DNA from: a virus
Length of the DNA: 38,008 nt
Virus record (IMG/VR): IMGVR_UViG_3300047170_000095
Span: 1 to 38,008 of that record
Direction: 5' to 3' (one strand)
Of this stretch, positions 25,005-32,883 are shown piece by piece; position 1 is the stretch's first letter, and each line of letters begins with the position of its first letter. The position numbers were made by a program, and so were the translations under genes. The notes beneath the pieces are model-generated. The model searched no databases. It had not been told where the DNA came from and worked only from the letters and a program-made list of their open reading frames with translations.

Positions 25005-25883
25005 TTAATCCTTTCGTTTCATGCCAATTTTGGCCAGTTGTTCATCCGTAGGCCTCACTCCTTTTGCAGTACATTTAGGCACTTCTTGATAGCCATATGT
25101 TTTAGGCTTGCTAGATTTTACACTAGACGCAGGTTTTTCTGCAATGCTAAAACACACAGATTCAAGGAATTTGAGGATATTTCCGATGGGTTCTTGCTTG
25201 AGTTTAACAATTTGTATCGCTTCGGCGATTACCTCCGTTTTAAAATTTGATTTGAGGAAATGGGCGTAGATTTCGGACGATTCGATAGATTTCGTTTTGC
25301 CTGATGGCGTTTTGTAGTTAATGGTCTCAGAAGAAAAAGATTTTTTTTCCCCAACAACAGCAGCACCTTGTTGTTGTTGTTCTTCTTTAATAGGGTTCTT
25401 CTTAATAGTTTCTTCTTCGTCGGTAAATTTTACTAGGGGGGTAGGTAAATTTGACGTAGGGGGGTAGGTAAATTTTACTAGGGGGGTAGGTAAATTTGAC
25501 GTAGGGGGGGGGGTCTTATACATTTTTGCCATAAATGCCATATTTACAGGCCAAATATCATTTATGGTTACCAAATCGGATTGACGTCCTTTTTCAGGGG
25601 TATTACGTTCTTGCAACTCGATAAGAGAAAGTCCCCCGAGAAGCTCAAAAGGTTTTGTTAAATCATCCTTAAACTTCGCAAAAGTTTTAGAGGTCATCTT
25701 CAATTTCTCTCCAAGTTTTGTGTTTGACGAGAAACACGAGCCGTTATCCCCTGCAATTCTTTTTAAAAGAGAATATACACCAATGTGATCAGCTGTTAAA
25801 CCTAGTTCAAATATAATGTTAGGTAATTCTGTGCGATATTTGTGAAGTGAACTTAAATCTTTAATTTGATATTCTTCTGACAT
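25005..25883 (-). CDS. Replication initiator/organiser-like protein, 292 aa, with an internal tandem peptide repeat
   Basis: N-terminal winged-helix-like region. PPTSNLPTPLVKFT occurs twice, encoded by DNA iterons. Its position upstream of the loader supports the call. Confidence 0.6.
   Translation of the reverse strand: MSEEYQIKDLSSLHKYRTELPNIIFELGLTADHIGVYSLLKRIAGDNGSCFSSNTKLGEKLKMTSKTFAKFKDDLTKPFELLGGLSLIELQERNTPEKGRQSDLVTINDIWPVNMAFMAKMYKTPPPTSNLPTPLVKFTYPPTSNLPTPLVKFTDEEETIKKNPIKEEQQQQGAAVVGEKKSFSSETINYKTPSGKTKSIESSEIYAHFLKSNFKTEVIAEAIQIVKLKQEPIGNILKFLESVCFSIAEKPASSVKSSKPKTYGYQEVPKCTAKGVRPTDEQLAKIGMKRKD
25421..25513. repeat. Four iterons of about 22 bp (GGTAGGTAAATTT[G/T]AC..AGGGG) ending in a G10 tract; candidate origin inside the initiator gene
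   Basis: Alternating units read directly at 25422-25440, 25440-25462, 25463-25484 and 25485-25513. Confidence 0.7.
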
Positions 25884-25930
25884 AAAAACCTTATCAATTT
25901 TTTAATTTAGTTGTAGCTAATTCATTAAAT

Positions 25931-25994
25931 CGATAAGATCATTTCACAGTTTGTAAATGTCTTATCGATCAACCCCGTTGCAAGCGGGGTTTTT
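25931..25994 (+). terminator. Unit 1: 8-bp hairpin (CGATAAGA/TCTTATCG) followed by an intrinsic terminator-like CCCCG-ttgcaag-CGGGG-T5
   Basis: GC stem plus a T-run on the plus strand only. No plus-strand gene lies upstream, so it may be the end of a small RNA. Confidence 0.45.
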
Positions 25995-26005
25995 CTTTTT
26001 ATCTA

Positions 26006-26078
26006 TTTAAGGGTTTAAGTTCGTCAAAGACGAACTTAAACCCTTAAATGGACGAACTTAAACCCTTAAATGGACGAA
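26006..26078. repeat. 20-bp perfect palindrome plus tandem 22-bp repeats (GACGAACTTAAACCCTTAAATG; two full copies and a partial third)
   Basis: 26006-26025 is the reverse complement of 26029-26048. Direct copies lie at 26029-26050 and 26051-26072, with a partial copy at 26073-26078. Confidence 0.8.
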
Positions 26079-26190
26079 AAAATCTATACCATTTTCCGGT
26101 TTCCTTTTCATAACAAAGAGCATGGAAAGTATGATTTACCCATGTATAATTTTTTCCATATTTTTTTGTTGCTGTGAATTGAACTTATTT

Positions 26191-26261
26191 GATAGGATTA
26201 AGATATTCCTAGTGGTCTTAATCCTATCAATAAGAGAAACCTCGTTACAAGCGGGGTTTTT
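26191..26261 (+). terminator. Unit 2: 13-bp perfect hairpin (GATAGGATTAAGA/TCTTAATCCTATC) followed by CCTCG-ttacaag-CGGGG-T5
   Basis: Same architecture and near-identical terminator loop as unit 1. Confidence 0.45.
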
Positions 26262-26593
26262 CGCTTTATATGGGTTTTGGCTAATTTTCCCTAATTACTC
26301 CTAATACCAAAACATATCTTGTCGTAATATCCCAAAAAAATGACAAATTTAAACCTTTAAACTATATATTAATTTTTTTTATTATTTTTGTGTTTATGTT
26401 TCTCACTATAGCATTATTGATAATTTCACATAATATAAGAGCTATTTGTGAAATTTTTGCTTGCTTAAAACATTATAAAAGAATATCTTAATAGAGCATA
26501 TTTAGTCTCGAGGAACGGCTAGTAGGATTCTATGCCGTCCCTCACTTCTTTGAATAACAATGCTCTACCGAATATTTTCATTCAAGTTTTATT

Positions 26594-26830
26594 TTAACAA
26601 CTCTTGTTTGCTTTATCCTCTTTTTCTATCATTTCATCTTTTTTAGAAGGCATCCAATCCTTAAGCCTAACCTTATTGCGTGTCAATTTTTGTATTTTTA
26701 AGATAATTGATAAACGTGGATCGGCTCTGTCATGAATCAAATGATAATATTGAGATACGCTAATGCCAAGTTTTTGAGCAAATTTATCATATCTTAACCC
26801 TTCTTGTTCAATGTAATCCTTTAATTTCAT
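26594..26830 (-). CDS. XRE/Cro-type HTH transcriptional regulator, 78 aa
   Basis: YDKFAQKLGISVSQYYHLIHDR is a classic HTH. It sits at a divergent promoter region. Confidence 0.75.
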   Translation of the reverse strand: MKLKDYIEQEGLRYDKFAQKLGISVSQYYHLIHDRADPRLSIILKIQKLTRNKVRLKDWMPSKKDEMIEKEDKANKSC

Positions 26831-26955
26831 AGTAAAAATTCTTTTTTTTTGGGGTTTTTATTTTTTTTATTTGTAATAAAATACAAGTTTTGATATTGTT
26901 ATATCATAAAAAGAAAAAACATGTCAAGGATGACATTAAAAAAAGGAGACTATTT

Positions 26956-27165
26956 ATGCAAATAAAAGAATGTTTATATTGTCCTACCAATTACGATCCC
27001 TCCGGATACAGAGATTACGATGACGTTGTCAGTGAAGCAATGGATCATTTTGAAGATGTTGCTATGGAAATTTTAAGTGAACATTCGGAGGGTAAAATGC
27101 TGATCGCTGCTATTTGCCGCCAAAAAGGAAAATTTGCCGATTTATTTGATAAATATTGTACATAA
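26956..27165 (+). CDS. Hypothetical protein, 69 aa
   Basis: AGGAG lies 6 nt upstream of the ATG at 26956. The track's TTG start at 26890 is less likely. Confidence 0.6.
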   Translation: MQIKECLYCPTNYDPSGYRDYDDVVSEAMDHFEDVAMEILSEHSEGKMLIAAICRQKGKFADLFDKYCT

Positions 27166-27174
27166 AAAGACAAA

Positions 27175-27197
27175 CCCCAGTCGTTACACTGGGGTTT
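27175..27197 (+). terminator. Hairpin CCCCAGT-N6-ACTGGGG followed by TTT
   Basis: 7-bp stem directly after the stop at 27165. The U-tract is short. Confidence 0.45.
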
Positions 27198-27239
27198 GAA
27201 AAGACGTTTAACCAAAAACTAACATAGGATTCAACAATT

Positions 27240-27410
27240 ATGGACACAATACAACAAATACAACAAAAGATTTATGAATTGCAAGAGAAAAATAGAATCA
27301 TTGAAAAATATCATCGCGAGGTAATGCTAATACAATCAGATATAGACACCCTTTTGATTGATTTGAAATATGATTTTAAAATTGAACAATTTATCTTTAA
27401 AAGAGCTTAG
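27240..27410 (+). CDS. Small coiled-coil protein, 56 aa (absent from the ORF track)
   Basis: ATG at 27240 and TAG at 27408-27410. It encodes MDTIQQIQQKIYELQEKNRIIEKYH... Confidence 0.45.
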   Translation: MDTIQQIQQKIYELQEKNRIIEKYHREVMLIQSDIDTLLIDLKYDFKIEQFIFKRA

Positions 27411-27419
27411 GAGCTAAAT

Positions 27420-28226
27420 ATGCAAGCGTTAACAAAAGTTGAGCCACTACAAATCGATGTTTGTGACAACATACAAAGAACAAAAGAATTAGCAAGAAAG
27501 CTAATGGAGACTAAGCATTATGCAAAAATTGGTGAAGAAGGGATTTTTGCCATTTGCATGTACGCTGAAAGTAATGGAATTCCTAAATTAGAGGCTCTCA
27601 ACGGAGAGCTTTATTATATTCAAGGAAAAGTAGGTGTTAGTGCGGAATGTATGAATAAACACATACGTAAACAAGGGCATAGTGTGTCTGTAAAAGTCTT
27701 GGATGATAAGGGTTGTACCCTTGTTGGAAAAAGGAAAGATACAGGAGATGTAGCCGAAGTTAGTTTTACATATGAAGACATGAAAAGAGCAGGAAAAAAC
27801 TATGAAAAAAATTTGCTAGATATGTATTTTGCGAGAGCTTTAAGTCGATTAAAACGTATCCTTTTTCCTGATATTCTGACTAAAGTTTATGAAAAAGGAG
27901 AAACTGAAGATATCGTTAGGCAAGAGGCCGAAGATTTGAATGTAAAACAGCTTTACACAGTTGAAGCAGAAGATCAAAAAAAAGACCCAATTACCATCCA
28001 ACAAGCGATTGAATTAAATCAAATTTTACAAGAGTGTTCAGATAGTGTAAAAACAAGATTCAATGAATTTTTAAAAAATAGTCTAAGTGTAAATTGTGTT
28101 GAAGATATGCCTGCTGAAAAATACGCCACTGTAAAAAAAGGATTGGTTAAAGAGCGTAATTCTTATCAAAAAGAGTTAGCTGAAAAAGAAATGACGATAA
28201 ACCAGGAGAAAGATAATGCCATGTAG
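27420..28226 (+). CDS. RecT/Bet-like single-strand annealing protein, 268 aa
   Basis: ...NLLDMYFARALSRLKRILFPDIL resembles the RecT-family C-terminal core. It is paired with a YqaJ-like exonuclease downstream. Confidence 0.6.
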   Translation: MQALTKVEPLQIDVCDNIQRTKELARKLMETKHYAKIGEEGIFAICMYAESNGIPKLEALNGELYYIQGKVGVSAECMNKHIRKQGHSVSVKVLDDKGCTLVGKRKDTGDVAEVSFTYEDMKRAGKNYEKNLLDMYFARALSRLKRILFPDILTKVYEKGETEDIVRQEAEDLNVKQLYTVEAEDQKKDPITIQQAIELNQILQECSDSVKTRFNEFLKNSLSVNCVEDMPAEKYATVKKGLVKERNSYQKELAEKEMTINQEKDNAM

Positions 28227-28431
28227 ATGTTGCGGGGCTTCGCGCCCCTCTAAAGGATTTAAAGAACCCGATGAAATGATAATTCATTCTAAACTTAAAG
28301 AGGTTGCTTTTTTAGTTTTAGATAAAAATCGTAACAATGCTTATGAAGATCTTGATGGATGGAAAAAAGCATGGCAAGAATGTTTTGATCATATGTTAAA
28401 TGGGTGCAAAGAAAAGAAAAATGAGTTGTGA
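28216..28431 (+). CDS. Hypothetical protein, 71 aa
   Basis: ORF overlaps the end of the upstream gene. Confidence 0.55.
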   Translation: MPCRCCGASRPSKGFKEPDEMIIHSKLKEVAFLVLDKNRNNAYEDLDGWKKAWQECFDHMLNGCKEKKNEL

Positions 28432-28565
28432 ATATTGCAATAAAATGTATTTCATGATTTATGGCTATTGAAAATTGTGTGGTAGAAAATGTAATGCTCC
28501 ATTATTTGATCCTTATGGAGATTTATGTTTAGATCATTATTTAAAAATGAAAAAAGAATGGGAAG

Positions 28566-29159
28566 ATGAAGTTAATGCACGGAAGCAAAGCAAAGAAGAT
28601 TGATGTAAAACAGGGCACTGACATTTGGCTTGCACTAAGAAAAAATTTCGTGTGCGCAAGCGAGGTTAGCGCAATAATGGGAATGAATCCGTATAAAACT
28701 CGTCAAGAGGTTCTTGACGAAAAGTTGGGATTAAGGGAACCTGATTTTGATAATTCACGCATGCGTAGAGGAAGGGAATTAGAACCAATCGCAAGAAAAG
28801 AAGCGGAAAAAATATTAGATGAATTATTCATTCCAGAAGTATATGTCAGCGAAGAATACTCTTTCATGTGCGCATCATATGACGGAGTAAGCTTTGACAA
28901 AAAATATATTCTTGAGGTTAAATGCACGAATAAAAAAATTCATGAGCTAGCTAAACATGGGAAAATTCCACAATATTATTATCCGCAAATTCAACATCAA
29001 ATATCTATTTTACAAGTGGATTTTTGTTATTATTATAGCTTTGACGGAAATCGTGGGATTATCGTGCAAGTCCCTAGAGATGAAGAATTCATTAAGAAAA
29101 TGATTGAACAAGAACGCGAATTTTATAATGAAATGATTCATTTAAGAAAAATAGCATAG
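28566..29159 (+). CDS. YqaJ/lambda-Exo-like recombination exonuclease, 197 aa
   Basis: QGTDIWLALRKNFVCASEVSAIMGMNPYKT matches the YqaJ N-terminal signature. It also has ASYDGVS and ILEVKC (an E.K motif). Confidence 0.7.
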   Translation: MKLMHGSKAKKIDVKQGTDIWLALRKNFVCASEVSAIMGMNPYKTRQEVLDEKLGLREPDFDNSRMRRGRELEPIARKEAEKILDELFIPEVYVSEEYSFMCASYDGVSFDKKYILEVKCTNKKIHELAKHGKIPQYYYPQIQHQISILQVDFCYYYSFDGNRGIIVQVPRDEEFIKKMIEQEREFYNEMIHLRKIA

Positions 29160-29167
29160 GATGTTTG

Positions 29168-29461
29168 ATGCTTCCATATGACAAAGATTATTTAAAAAAA
29201 GAAATGGTAAAAGTTGATCAAGCAATAAAATACGCAAAAATAAAAAAAAAGGATACTTTTATTATGTTTCAGTATTTATTATGTTTAGGAATTATATTCT
29301 TTTCGATTGCAAGTGCTAATGAATATTGGGTAAATTGTCCAAATTGTGAGCATGTGATTGAAATGGAAGTCAAAAGTGGTACATGGAGTTGTCCTAAATG
29401 CGACTATAAAAATGACAATCGTATAAGATATTGCGGTGTTTGTGGAGCTGAAAGACAATAA
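29168..29461 (+). CDS. Membrane-anchored zinc-ribbon protein
   Basis: One TM segment (LLCLGIIFFSIA), then CPNC...CPKC...CGVCG. I prefer the ATG at 29168 over the TTG at 29165. Confidence 0.6.
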   Translation: MLPYDKDYLKKEMVKVDQAIKYAKIKKKDTFIMFQYLLCLGIIFFSIASANEYWVNCPNCEHVIEMEVKSGTWSCPKCDYKNDNRIRYCGVCGAERQ

Positions 29462-29499
29462 ATAAGTATTGAAAGACAATAAATAAGTATAAAGTTAAA

Positions 29500-29856
29500 A
29501 TGAAAAAAGAATCATTCAAAATAGAAAATATTCCCCCTGTAATTATACAGCACTTTTCTTCAGCACTTTTAAGCTATTCGTGTGTTGGAATTAAAGAATC
29601 TAAAAGTTTTCAATATCTATATGAGGAGGCTATACAAAAATATGGTCCAAACAGTAGGCAAATGCGCGATTTCAACGAACTATTAGAAATAAATGAGAAA
29701 TTATATGAGTGGAAAAAATCTCAAGAAGCGTACTTTAAAACAGAAAATGAAGAAATTGCGAAAAGACCCGTTATTCCGTTTGGAAAAATTAATAAATGCC
29801 GCGGTTTTTTGGGAAAAGAGCTTCGGGGTGCTTTCAAGAAGATCCATGATACCTAA
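29500..29856 (+). CDS. Hypothetical protein, 118 aa
   Basis: ORF at the end of the rightward block. Confidence 0.6.
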   Translation: MKKESFKIENIPPVIIQHFSSALLSYSCVGIKESKSFQYLYEEAIQKYGPNSRQMRDFNELLEINEKLYEWKKSQEAYFKTENEEIAKRPVIPFGKINKCRGFLGKELRGAFKKIHDT

Positions 29857-29973
29857 TAACTGCGGAAAAACAATGAGATTTAAACGATTCTCTGATTGAT
29901 ATCAGGTAGATTTCTGCAAGCTTTCCTCAGGTCAAATGTTTTGCTTGGTTTGATGCTGTATTAACAAAATGTA

Positions 29974-30213
29974 TCATGGTTTTTCTGCTGGCGGTGGAGT
30001 GACAGGGTGTTTTTTGCTTTTATGTTCTTGTAAAATTTCGCAAAAAGTATCTATGGCAGCATCATAAGTATTTATATCTTTTGCATAATTCTCTTCAAAG
30101 TGCTCAATAACATTTTTTGCCACGTGAATTGTTTCACATAACACATCCAAAGAGCTTTTTCCTGTGATACTACTATTTTTAAGTAACATAAATAATGTAT
30201 TAAACATTAACAT
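29974..30213 (-). CDS. Hypothetical protein, 79 aa
   Basis: ORF. Its ATG overlaps the stop of the upstream micro-ORF. Confidence 0.55.
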   Translation of the reverse strand: MLMFNTLFMLLKNSSITGKSSLDVLCETIHVAKNVIEHFEENYAKDINTYDAAIDTFCEILQEHKSKKHPVTPPPAEKP

Positions 30214-30341
30214 TTTCCTTTCATGGCTTTTTTGCCTTTTTCAACATATTTGTCACGCTTAGCATCTTTGTCAAGCACTTTTTTGGTGTCTTTTTGTAAA
30301 GATTTTTCAACTTTAATTAATTTTTTATAGGATTTATCCAT
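30207..30341 (-). CDS. Possible lysine-rich 44-aa peptide
   Basis: Encodes MDKSYKKLIKVEKSLQKDTKKVLDKDAKRDKYVEKGKKAMKGKC. It overlaps both neighbours. Confidence 0.35.
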   Translation of the reverse strand: MDKSYKKLIKVEKSLQKDTKKVLDKDAKRDKYVEKGKKAMKGKC

Positions 30342-30505
30342 TTGAATTCATCTCTTTCGAAGTTTAAAATGTATGATTTGCCGGCATGATTTTTTTTAAA
30401 TTGTTTTGTCCAATATTTTTGCTTATACGTCCTTTCTGGAGACTTTCTAGAAAGCCACTTTTCATTATAATGGGAGTTAACTTTTTCCGAATTTCTTCTA
30501 GCCAT
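30317..30505 (-). CDS. Basic hypothetical protein, 62 aa
   Basis: ORF. Confidence 0.5.
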   Translation of the reverse strand: MARRNSEKVNSHYNEKWLSRKSPERTYKQKYWTKQFKKNHAGKSYILNFERDEFKWINPIKN

Positions 30506-30631
30506 TATTTTTTTCTTTTTATTTTTGCGCCTGATTTCCTTGCTTCATTAAGACTTGCAGCTATAGCTTGGGATTTGGGATGGCCTGAGCGCAACATCTC
30601 AGATATGTTTTTTCCGATTATACTTTTTGAT

Positions 30632-30871
30632 TTACCCTTTGACAATGGCATTTGGAGAATCCTTGTTAGTAACCTTTATTGTAATATCAATATCTGTATC
30701 TTTTGCAATTGCCTCACGGGACACTTCCAACTTAATCGCTGTGTCATCGGCAATATCTTCTAGGCTTGTAAACATTTGTGGAAGACTTTGACAAGATGAC
30801 ACAATAAATAAGCATGACTTACATAATAATATATTTAAAATGTACATGTGATTACTTACTTTTTTTAGCAT
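30632..30871 (-). CDS. Putative lipoprotein, 79 aa
   Basis: Signal peptide MLKKVSNHMYILNILLCKSCLFIVSS|C with the lipobox VSSC. Confidence 0.6.
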   Translation of the reverse strand: MLKKVSNHMYILNILLCKSCLFIVSSCQSLPQMFTSLEDIADDTAIKLEVSREAIAKDTDIDITIKVTNKDSPNAIVKG

Positions 30872-30986
30872 GACCTACCTTAGCTTTAAGTGCTTTATTA
30901 TCTTTCATTGGCATGGAAGATTTTTTTTCTTTATTCATATGTTCAGAATGCTTTGAAGACGACATTTTTTCGTTTTTGCTTTTCAT
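30852..30986 (-). CDS. Possible lysine-rich 44-aa peptide
   Basis: Encodes MKSKNEKMSSSKHSEHMNKEKKSSMPMKDNKALKAKVGHAKKSK. Confidence 0.3.
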   Translation of the reverse strand: MKSKNEKMSSSKHSEHMNKEKKSSMPMKDNKALKAKVGHAKKSK

Positions 30987-31061
30987 AAATTTTTCCTAAA
31001 GTTTGATGTTGCTGTTTTGACTCACAATATATAAAATATAATTAAATTTAAAAAGGTTTTT

Positions 31062-31172
31062 ATGTTTTTATTTTTTCAACCTATGGCTTTTTTCTTAATT
31101 GCTGTTTTAGTGATCTACTTAAGAAAAAAAGAAGATGAAGAGAAAAATACAGAAACTTACCTTGATGAATAA
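31062..31172 (+). CDS. Possible 36-aa single-TM peptide
   Basis: Encodes MFLFFQPMAFFLIAVLVIYLRKKEDEEKNTETYLDE. AAAGG lies upstream. Confidence 0.35.
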   Translation: MFLFFQPMAFFLIAVLVIYLRKKEDEEKNTETYLDE

Positions 31173-31184
31173 TTTCATTATATT

Positions 31185-31898
31185 TTAAGTAATGTATTCA
31201 GTCACAATAACGATGCCTGCAAAACCTGTTCCACCAATCTCAGGAGCTGCTGAACCGTTGACTGAAGCACCACTTCCACCACCGCCGTATGATGTGGCAT
31301 TATTTCCAGGTTGTGCACCTGTATTCTGGAGAACTGAAACAGCACCTCCTCCAAAAAACGAAGAACCCCCTTTTCCTGAAGCAGTTAAAGCCCCAATATT
31401 CCCAGCTTCTCCATTTGTATTAAAATCTCCGGATGATCCTACACCACCAATCCCCGCCCCTACAGGTAAGGTGGTTATATCTCCATCGCCACCTGTACCA
31501 CCCGTAGCGCTAATCAGTGAACCTACGCTAGAAGTTCCACCAGTTCCACCAGTTCCACCAGTATTAGCCCCAGCTGTACCGCCAGTCCCAATTGTGACTG
31601 TCTGAGATGCGCCTATTGTTGAGGATGAAAATATTTTTCTTGCATATCCCCCGCCACCTCCTCCTGATGCTGATACTCCGCTTGTGGTACATCCACCCCC
31701 ACCACCACCGCCTCCTAAAACTTCAATATCGCAATAAACCATTCCTGACGTGGGTGTATACGTTCCGGATGAAGTAAAAACTTGCCTTTTAACTTGATTA
31801 ATACTATTCGACGGAGCTCCATTTTGCCAGTTTGACATATCTGGCGCTGTTTGATCCGTTAATATTTGTCCTGATGTGCCTTTTCCATAATATGCCAT
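31185..31898 (-). CDS. Glycine-rich tail fibre-associated protein, 237 aa
   Basis: Poly-G tracts (GGGGGGGGC, GGGGGGY) and GTGG repeats. It is the last gene of the fibre cluster. Confidence 0.75.
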   Translation of the reverse strand: MAYYGKGTSGQILTDQTAPDMSNWQNGAPSNSINQVKRQVFTSSGTYTPTSGMVYCDIEVLGGGGGGGGCTTSGVSASGGGGGGYARKIFSSSTIGASQTVTIGTGGTAGANTGGTGGTGGTSSVGSLISATGGTGGDGDITTLPVGAGIGGVGSSGDFNTNGEAGNIGALTASGKGGSSFFGGGAVSVLQNTGAQPGNNATSYGGGGSGASVNGSAAPEIGGTGFAGIVIVTEYIT

Positions 31899-31899
31899 A

Positions 31900-32859
31900 T
31901 TAAACTACGCTCCAAAATGTACTGCGTGATACTAAAGTTACTGATCCATAGTTTGAATCGATAATAAAGTTTGTATTTCCATCAATAGGAGAACTATCAG
32001 GACTTGTGATGGTAATGGGATTTGTAGCGGCTGCTCCTGATTCGTCTTTAATTATTATAATGGCGCCTTCTTGATGATTATATTGTATATAGGGCAGTGT
32101 TATTGTTATACCACCTGCCGAACACCCAATATAAGTAGGATACAGTTGACTATAAGCATAATTAGATGATTGGGTTAATGTATCAATGCCTAATCCCCCA
32201 TTAAGAAACAAATTAGCATTAACTGATCCTCCTACTACAACCGCCGCAGGATTTCCACCATAACTAAATAAAACAGCTTCACCACCGTTGGCTAATATAA
32301 CAGCCCCATTACCATAATACATGCCGGAATTTGTCGAATTTGCAAATGAATAACTCGGAGCAGACGCTGAGCCATTTTGTAGTAATACAGGATCGTTTAG
32401 ATTGATAATGGGATTCGCAGCAGTTCCTGTTAAATTTATATTAGTTCCTGCTGTAACACTACCAACGCCAGGGCCGTTTAAAAGCGAAACAGCTCCCGCA
32501 GTTACTGTAAAATCTGCGGAGTTAAAAGAAGCAACTCCCAATGCTGAAGTTGTGGCATCAGTGACAGAAACGATGACAGCTCCTGTTTCAGGTGTGCCAG
32601 AAACTCCATTAATTTGAATTGGCGCTGTTCCTTGTACAGAAGATACAAAAGCACTTCCCAGAAGAGAAACTTCACCTGACGTGACGGTAAAATCCGCAGG
32701 GTTAAACGATGCGACTCCAACTGTTGATGTTGTTGCATCCACACCCGAAACAACGACTGCTCCTGTTGTTGGAGACGCTGTCACCCCATTTAAACCGGTA
32801 ACAGAAGTTACACCACCGCCCCCGCCACCACTTGTCGATATTGTTCCTGCTTGGCTCAA
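31900..32859 (-). CDS. Tail fibre/receptor-binding protein 2, 319 aa
   Basis: TTG start 5 nt after AGGTG. The N-terminus MSQAGTISTSGGGGGG is shared with the 450-aa protein. It has an internal repeat of about 45 aa (..VGVASFNPADFTVTSGEVSLL.. / ..LGVASFNSADFTVTAGAVSLL..). Confidence 0.75.
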   Translation of the reverse strand: MSQAGTISTSGGGGGGVTSVTGLNGVTASPTTGAVVVSGVDATTSTVGVASFNPADFTVTSGEVSLLGSAFVSSVQGTAPIQINGVSGTPETGAVIVSVTDATTSALGVASFNSADFTVTAGAVSLLNGPGVGSVTAGTNINLTGTAANPIINLNDPVLLQNGSASAPSYSFANSTNSGMYYGNGAVILANGGEAVLFSYGGNPAAVVVGGSVNANLFLNGGLGIDTLTQSSNYAYSQLYPTYIGCSAGGITITLPYIQYNHQEGAIIIIKDESGAAATNPITITSPDSSPIDGNTNFIIDSNYGSVTLVSRSTFWSVV

Positions 32860-32883
32860 ATTTCACCTACTAAACTTTATTTA

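Noticed and set aside
24392-25250. Plus-strand ORFs 24392..24730 and 24954..25250
   Set aside because: They are antisense to the well-supported DnaC-like and initiator genes, and their sequences are not protein-like.
25421-25513. CRISPR array or DGR template/variable repeat
   Set aside because: The repeats are contiguous with no spacers, and they lie inside a coding frame. No cas genes or reverse transcriptase are present anywhere in the genome.
26122-26304. 60-aa plus-strand ORF in the control region
   Set aside because: It spans the 13-bp hairpin and the terminator-like unit. It is hydrophobic low-complexity sequence with no RBS.
12779-29899. Other small overlapping ORFs: 12779..12988, 16449..16637, 20817..21017, 28703..28927, 29285..29479 and 29693..29899
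   Set aside because: Each is antisense or out of frame within a better-supported gene or structured element.
30386-30763. 125-aa plus-strand ORF
   Set aside because: It overlaps the minus-strand genes 30317..30505 and 30632..30871. It has no RBS, so I treat it as a shadow ORF, though with less certainty than the others.
31192-31605. 137-aa P/V-rich plus-strand ORF; likewise 34838..35221, 32402..32617, 32681..32887 and 32502..32753
   Set aside because: These are antisense or off-frame shadows of the GGN/ACN-rich fibre genes. Their composition (poly-P/V/A) is the mirror of the Gly/Thr codons.
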